Of a DNA stretch of 64,000 nucleotides, positions 59,780 to 64,000 are shown piece by piece. The notes beneath the pieces are model-generated. The model worked only from the letters and a program-made list of their open reading frames with translations, ran no database searches and was not told the DNA's origin. This DNA is from Mustelus asterias (Eukaryota), in assembly GCF_964213995.1 (NCBI RefSeq), contig NC_135808.1:7130001-7194000 (forward strand), read 5' to 3'. The position numbers were made by a program, and so were the translations under genes. The first letter of the stretch is position 1. Each line of letters begins with the position of its first letter.

Positions 59780-61550
59780 TCAGTTGTGTGGCAAACAGAG
59801 CGTCTTTTTGGCTTAACTGCAACATCCCTTTAGTGGAAAATATAACACTTGCCACCACTACACGGTAGCAGTATAAAGTGTCTATCTTCACTTGTTGCTC
59901 AAATTTGAGGTAGACTCGGGACTTGTCTGAAAGTGGAAGCCTTTGGTCCACTCCTCCGAGTTTGCGTGACACACAAGCGATCAGTGCTGTGATCAGGATA
60001 ACCTATCCCTCAGGATAGCTTTGATGTGCCCTATTTCAGTGTCAAGTTTCTACACTGAGCAAATTGCTCAGGCCCTATCTAGAAGTGTGTCGATAAGAAC
60101 AATCTTACTATATTTTGAGCTATCACAATTCCAATGCTTGTATTTACCAGAGAATGTCGGCTTGTGGTAAACCCCAGCAGAAATCCCCAAATATGGTTTC
60201 CTTGAGCAGCACATTGGAGAACCGGCTTATGCTATTGAATGAGAAATTTGCCAGATATGATTCCATTTATCCCAAATAGGTGTTACCAAGGCATCTTTTC
60301 TAGGTCCAGCTGTTCATAGGCTTCTACAATGAACTAGTTTTTGATGGAATGAACCCTAACCTTCCACTCCACACATATTTCCCACATGTGGATGATAAGT
60401 TTGCTATATTTGAACCTGCAGGCTGCATGTAAGGATTTCCTCCAACACTTTAATGGGCTCCATCCTGTTCTAGAAATTCACCTTTGAAATGGAACAGTGG
60501 AATGAGCTTCCTTTCTTCAACATGCTAGTTGAGAAATGGGTTCTCTACCACTGTCTACTCCAGGCCTACCCTCACTGGTCAATATATGTGTTGGGATTCC
60601 CACAATTCCACCCACTATAAGGTTGGCCTTATTGGTAACCTGATAACCAGAGCCAGAACCATTTGTTCATCATGCAAGTGTGATGCCGGAATAGTGCACA
60701 TCAAAGACATCCTTCAGGACAATTGCTACCCTGATCGGATGGTTGGTCACTGTGTATTTCACAAACTCACGAACAGATTAAAAGTCACAAATTTCGGACC
60801 TGAAAAGTGCCCCAAAACTACCTGGAAGGGTAGTTAACTCAAACATTTCAGCAACGGGTGAAGTAAGTTGCTAAACTTTAGTAGGAACATGAGTGATACG
60901 AGCCTTAATAGGATACTACCAGAATGACGTTTTGTCTACCATACAAGTGTGCAATATCGCATATGAATTTCAATGCTGGCATGATGCTATGTAGGTCGGC
61001 CGCACGGCACAATGGCTGGTGGATGATATCAAACAACATGTCCCTTAGACTGTTTACTATAGGCAGAGTATTAAACGTAGTATTAAACCTGTATTGAACG
61101 AGGCCATGTTGCAATACTCATAACGTAATATCTGAAGTTAGTTGTGATTTAGCAATGGATGCACTTTTTGAACAATCCGGAGTGTGCTAAGGGAAAGCCA
61201 ATTACAGATTATCTATCGGTTTGCAATGTGGCTGACTTATGCTTTTTAGAAGCAACATATATTCATATGCAAGAACCTGAACTCTTCAAGCAGAAATAAT
61301 GTTCGCTGTGTATTTCACGAACTCATTAAGCTTTGCACCTCCTTGAATTAGACGGAAGCATGTGGGGCAATAGTTTCCTGGTGCATTGTTCATGGGAACA
61401 CCTCGACTAATCAGAGTCAATTTGCCATCCGAGCTGCATCCTTCTCTTGTGTAACATGAATTGTTGTGCCCTTGAAATTTGGCATTTTTGCATCTGTCCT
61501 GATGAGTGTTAGGTGAAAAGCTTCGACAGCATGTTTCTTTATTCAACAAG
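59780..61550 (+). mobile_element. Decayed Penelope-like element (RT, thumb and endonuclease remnants)
   Basis: HVDD-like codons near 60385, LPFFNML, STTVYSRPTLTGQYMCWDSH...ARTICS; many stops; ends in a hammerhead motif. Confidence 0.75.
61495..61528 (+). ncRNA. Minimal hammerhead motif (PLE family 3, AAGCTT palindrome)
   Basis: TGTC-CTGATGA-gtgttaggt-GAAA-AGCTT-C-GACA at the 3' end of a PLE remnant. Confidence 0.55.
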
Positions 61551-62754
61551 ACTCATTCTACCATATGACCTATATGGTGTTGTGTTGATATAATTTAAAA
61601 TTTCATATTCGAGGTAATAATATTTTCCATTTATCACTTGATCCATAAAATTCAGGATATCAGCAATAATGTGTAAAGAAAGTCTGCCTTAGGACAAGGA
61701 ATATAATCTACACCTAGTCGACAATTATATGTTTTAATTATTAGACTTCTTTCTATTATAATTGCTTTCGTGTTACAAGTAAGATTTAACATAAATCATA
61801 ATAATGCTTCTGTCCTCATTTTGCCATAAAACCATTGTCAATCCATCATCGATTTTCAACTCAGGGGTAAAACTGGCATGACAGGTCAGGGTCGTTTAAT
61901 ACTGAGGTGCACTGGACTTTCTTCTCGCAGTGGTGAATCTCTGGAATTTTCTGCCCTAAAGAGGCCAGATCATCAGAATCATTTAAAGTGGAGGTAGATA
62001 CATATTTGATAGATCAGGGAACAGAGGGCTATGGGGAAATGGCACAGAAAAGGAGTTGGGGCAGGAATAGGTCAGCCATGGATGGCAGGGCAGGCTTGAA
62101 GGGCCTGGTGGCCTCCTCCTGCTTCTATGTCTTGTGACCGCATGCTATGGAAATCACCCAATCTTTATTTCCATTGGAATACAAATAAGTAGTAAATAAG
62201 TGGCACTTTTTTTAAAGCAAAACCAACTGAAATTAGGTCAGTGTACATTGTGGAAGTCCCTTTTCACCAGTGGTGTCCTACTTTTCGACAGAGTGTGACT
62301 TTGAAACTGCCAACATCCGCCACTTTTACAGCTCAATGTCTGTAAGAATTCACAGAAAATGATTCAACTAGAGTTTCCAACCTCTTAAGTTCTTGTAGTT
62401 AATGGGATAACAATATTTTCCTGGTAATCGAAAACAGAATATTTTGGGAACTGTGACTACATGCTAATTCTTAGACAAGTATATATTTCAAGATAATTTA
62501 GTTGATCCACTACATCATTAGTTATTCAATAAATGCAGCAAAATCAATCTCCTTGCTACTGTTAATTGATAATTTTCTCCTATTGATCAATAGTTTCTGA
62601 ATTTTCCTGCAGGTTTTATCACCACTTAACTTTTTCCAATGAATTTGCATGCAGTCTTTCACTGCTAGGCTCGGCCATTTGCATTTTTGCTGCATTCTGA
62701 ATTCCTATATTTTTTATTCTTTGCCTATTTTTAAGATATCTCCACTGTGGATTG

Positions 62755-63053
62755 AGTTTAAAGTTTATTTATTAGTGTCACAAGTAGCCTTACATTAACA
62801 CTGCAATGAAGTTACTGTGAAAATCCCCCAGTCGCCACACCCCGGCGCCTGTTCAGGTACACTGAGGGAGAATTTAGCATGGCCAATGCACCTAACCAGC
62901 ACATCTTTCGGACTGTGGGAGGAAACTGGAGCTCCCGGAGGAAACCCACGCAGACACGGGGAGAATGTGCAAACTTCGCACAGACAGTGACCCAAGCTGA
63001 GAATCTGGGTACCTGGCTCTGTGAGGCAGCAGTGCTAACCACTGTGCCACCGT
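62755..63053 (-). mobile_element. V-SINE type B
   Basis: As 11615-11912. Confidence 0.88.
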
Positions 63054-63214
63054 GGTCTCTGCTGCCTGAGAGAGAGGTTTGCTGTCTATTTAGAGTATCC
63101 GCCCATCCTTCATCCCACTGGATTATGAAAACTGAATCTGCAAATATTGCAGCATTATAAAAATCTTTTAAAAACAAACAGATTTGATCACAAGTAAACA
63201 AGGAGAGGTAGCCA

Positions 63215-63340
63215 TGATGTGGAGACATGATGGACTGGGGTGGACACAGTAAGAAGTCTCACAACACCAGGTTAAAGTCCAACAGGTTTATTTGGAATCA
63301 TGAGCTTTCGGAGCACTGCTCCTTCCTCTGGTGAGTGACT
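63215..63340 (-). mobile_element. PLE family 2 terminal repeat, hammerhead core mutated
   Basis: Same repeat as 7660-7785. Confidence 0.7.
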
Positions 63341-64000
63341 CCTAATCTTAGGACTGACTGGGGATAGAACCCACTCTAGCGCCTGTGCTTGATTAGACAA
63401 GCACCGGAGTTGGGGTGGTGGGTGAAGAGGGGAGTGGATGTGATCTGGAGCCGCTGGATGGGAGGGACTGTGGTGGGATCTGCTTCTGATTGTTCTCTGG
63501 ATTGATGGATCTGGTTAACTGCTCTAATGTTGATGTGGCTGTAGATGCTGAATTGTGACATCTTCTAGGTGTTGGTACATCCCCGTGTCAGGTTGGGTCA
63601 AGAGTGTAACTGGATGTTTAAGTGTTCCCAGGGAGAAATAGATGACTGGGATGGACCTAAAGATTAAAGCCGGAGCAGGAGACAAAACTGGCGTTCAGGC
63701 AGCTTGAAATGATAATGCCCGTAAATTCGCTTAATGGAATATAAAGTCAGTCTCAGTAAGGATAACGATGGCAGCTACGACTGATTTCTGTAAAAGAACT
63801 CAGCTAGCACGTGAATGCTGTGGGCAGCACGGTGGCACGGTGGTTAGCACTGCTGCCTCACAGTGCCAGGGGCCCAGGTTCGATTCCTGGCTTGGCTCAC
63901 TGTCTGTGTGGAGTTTGTACATTCTCCCCGTGTCTGTGTGGGTTTCCCCTGGGTGCTCCGGTTTCCTCCCACAGTCCAAAGATGTGCAGGTTAGGTGGAT

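Noticed and set aside
62643-62684. Two octamer motifs (ATTTGCAT) as an Ig promoter
   Set aside because: No leader exon nearby, and the motif occurs at several scattered AT-rich sites.

Overview
Repeat-dense eukaryotic DNA, almost certainly from a cartilaginous fish (shark). It is dominated by tRNA-derived V-SINEs of HE1 type, Deu/SacSINE-like SINEs, CR1 LINEs, Rex1/Babar LINE 3' ends and Penelope-like element (PLE) remnants. Most of the ORF track is translation of these repeats. Between the repeats, two multi-exon genes can be rebuilt by hand on the minus strand with phase-compatible GT-AG junctions. Both encode single VJ-type Ig-domain type I membrane receptors resembling NKp30/NCR3. Gene A (ATG 19587 to stop 3744, about 241 aa) has a CxxxC stalk, an uncharged TM core and a long tyrosine-motif tail. 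Gene B (ATG 52940 to about 36020, about 199 aa) has a stalk Cys, a Lys inside the TM and a short tail. Together they look like an adjacent inhibitory-or-costimulatory and activating receptor pair. Non-coding highlights are about ten PLE-borne minimal hammerhead ribozyme motifs from three families with visible covariation, a dimeric U2-snRNA-headed retroelement, two V-SINE subfamilies with swapped tails, a tRNA-Phe pseudogene, a solo LTR and an RFX/CCAAT/ETS module upstream of gene B. Repeat boundaries are approximate and family names come from recognition, not from a database search.
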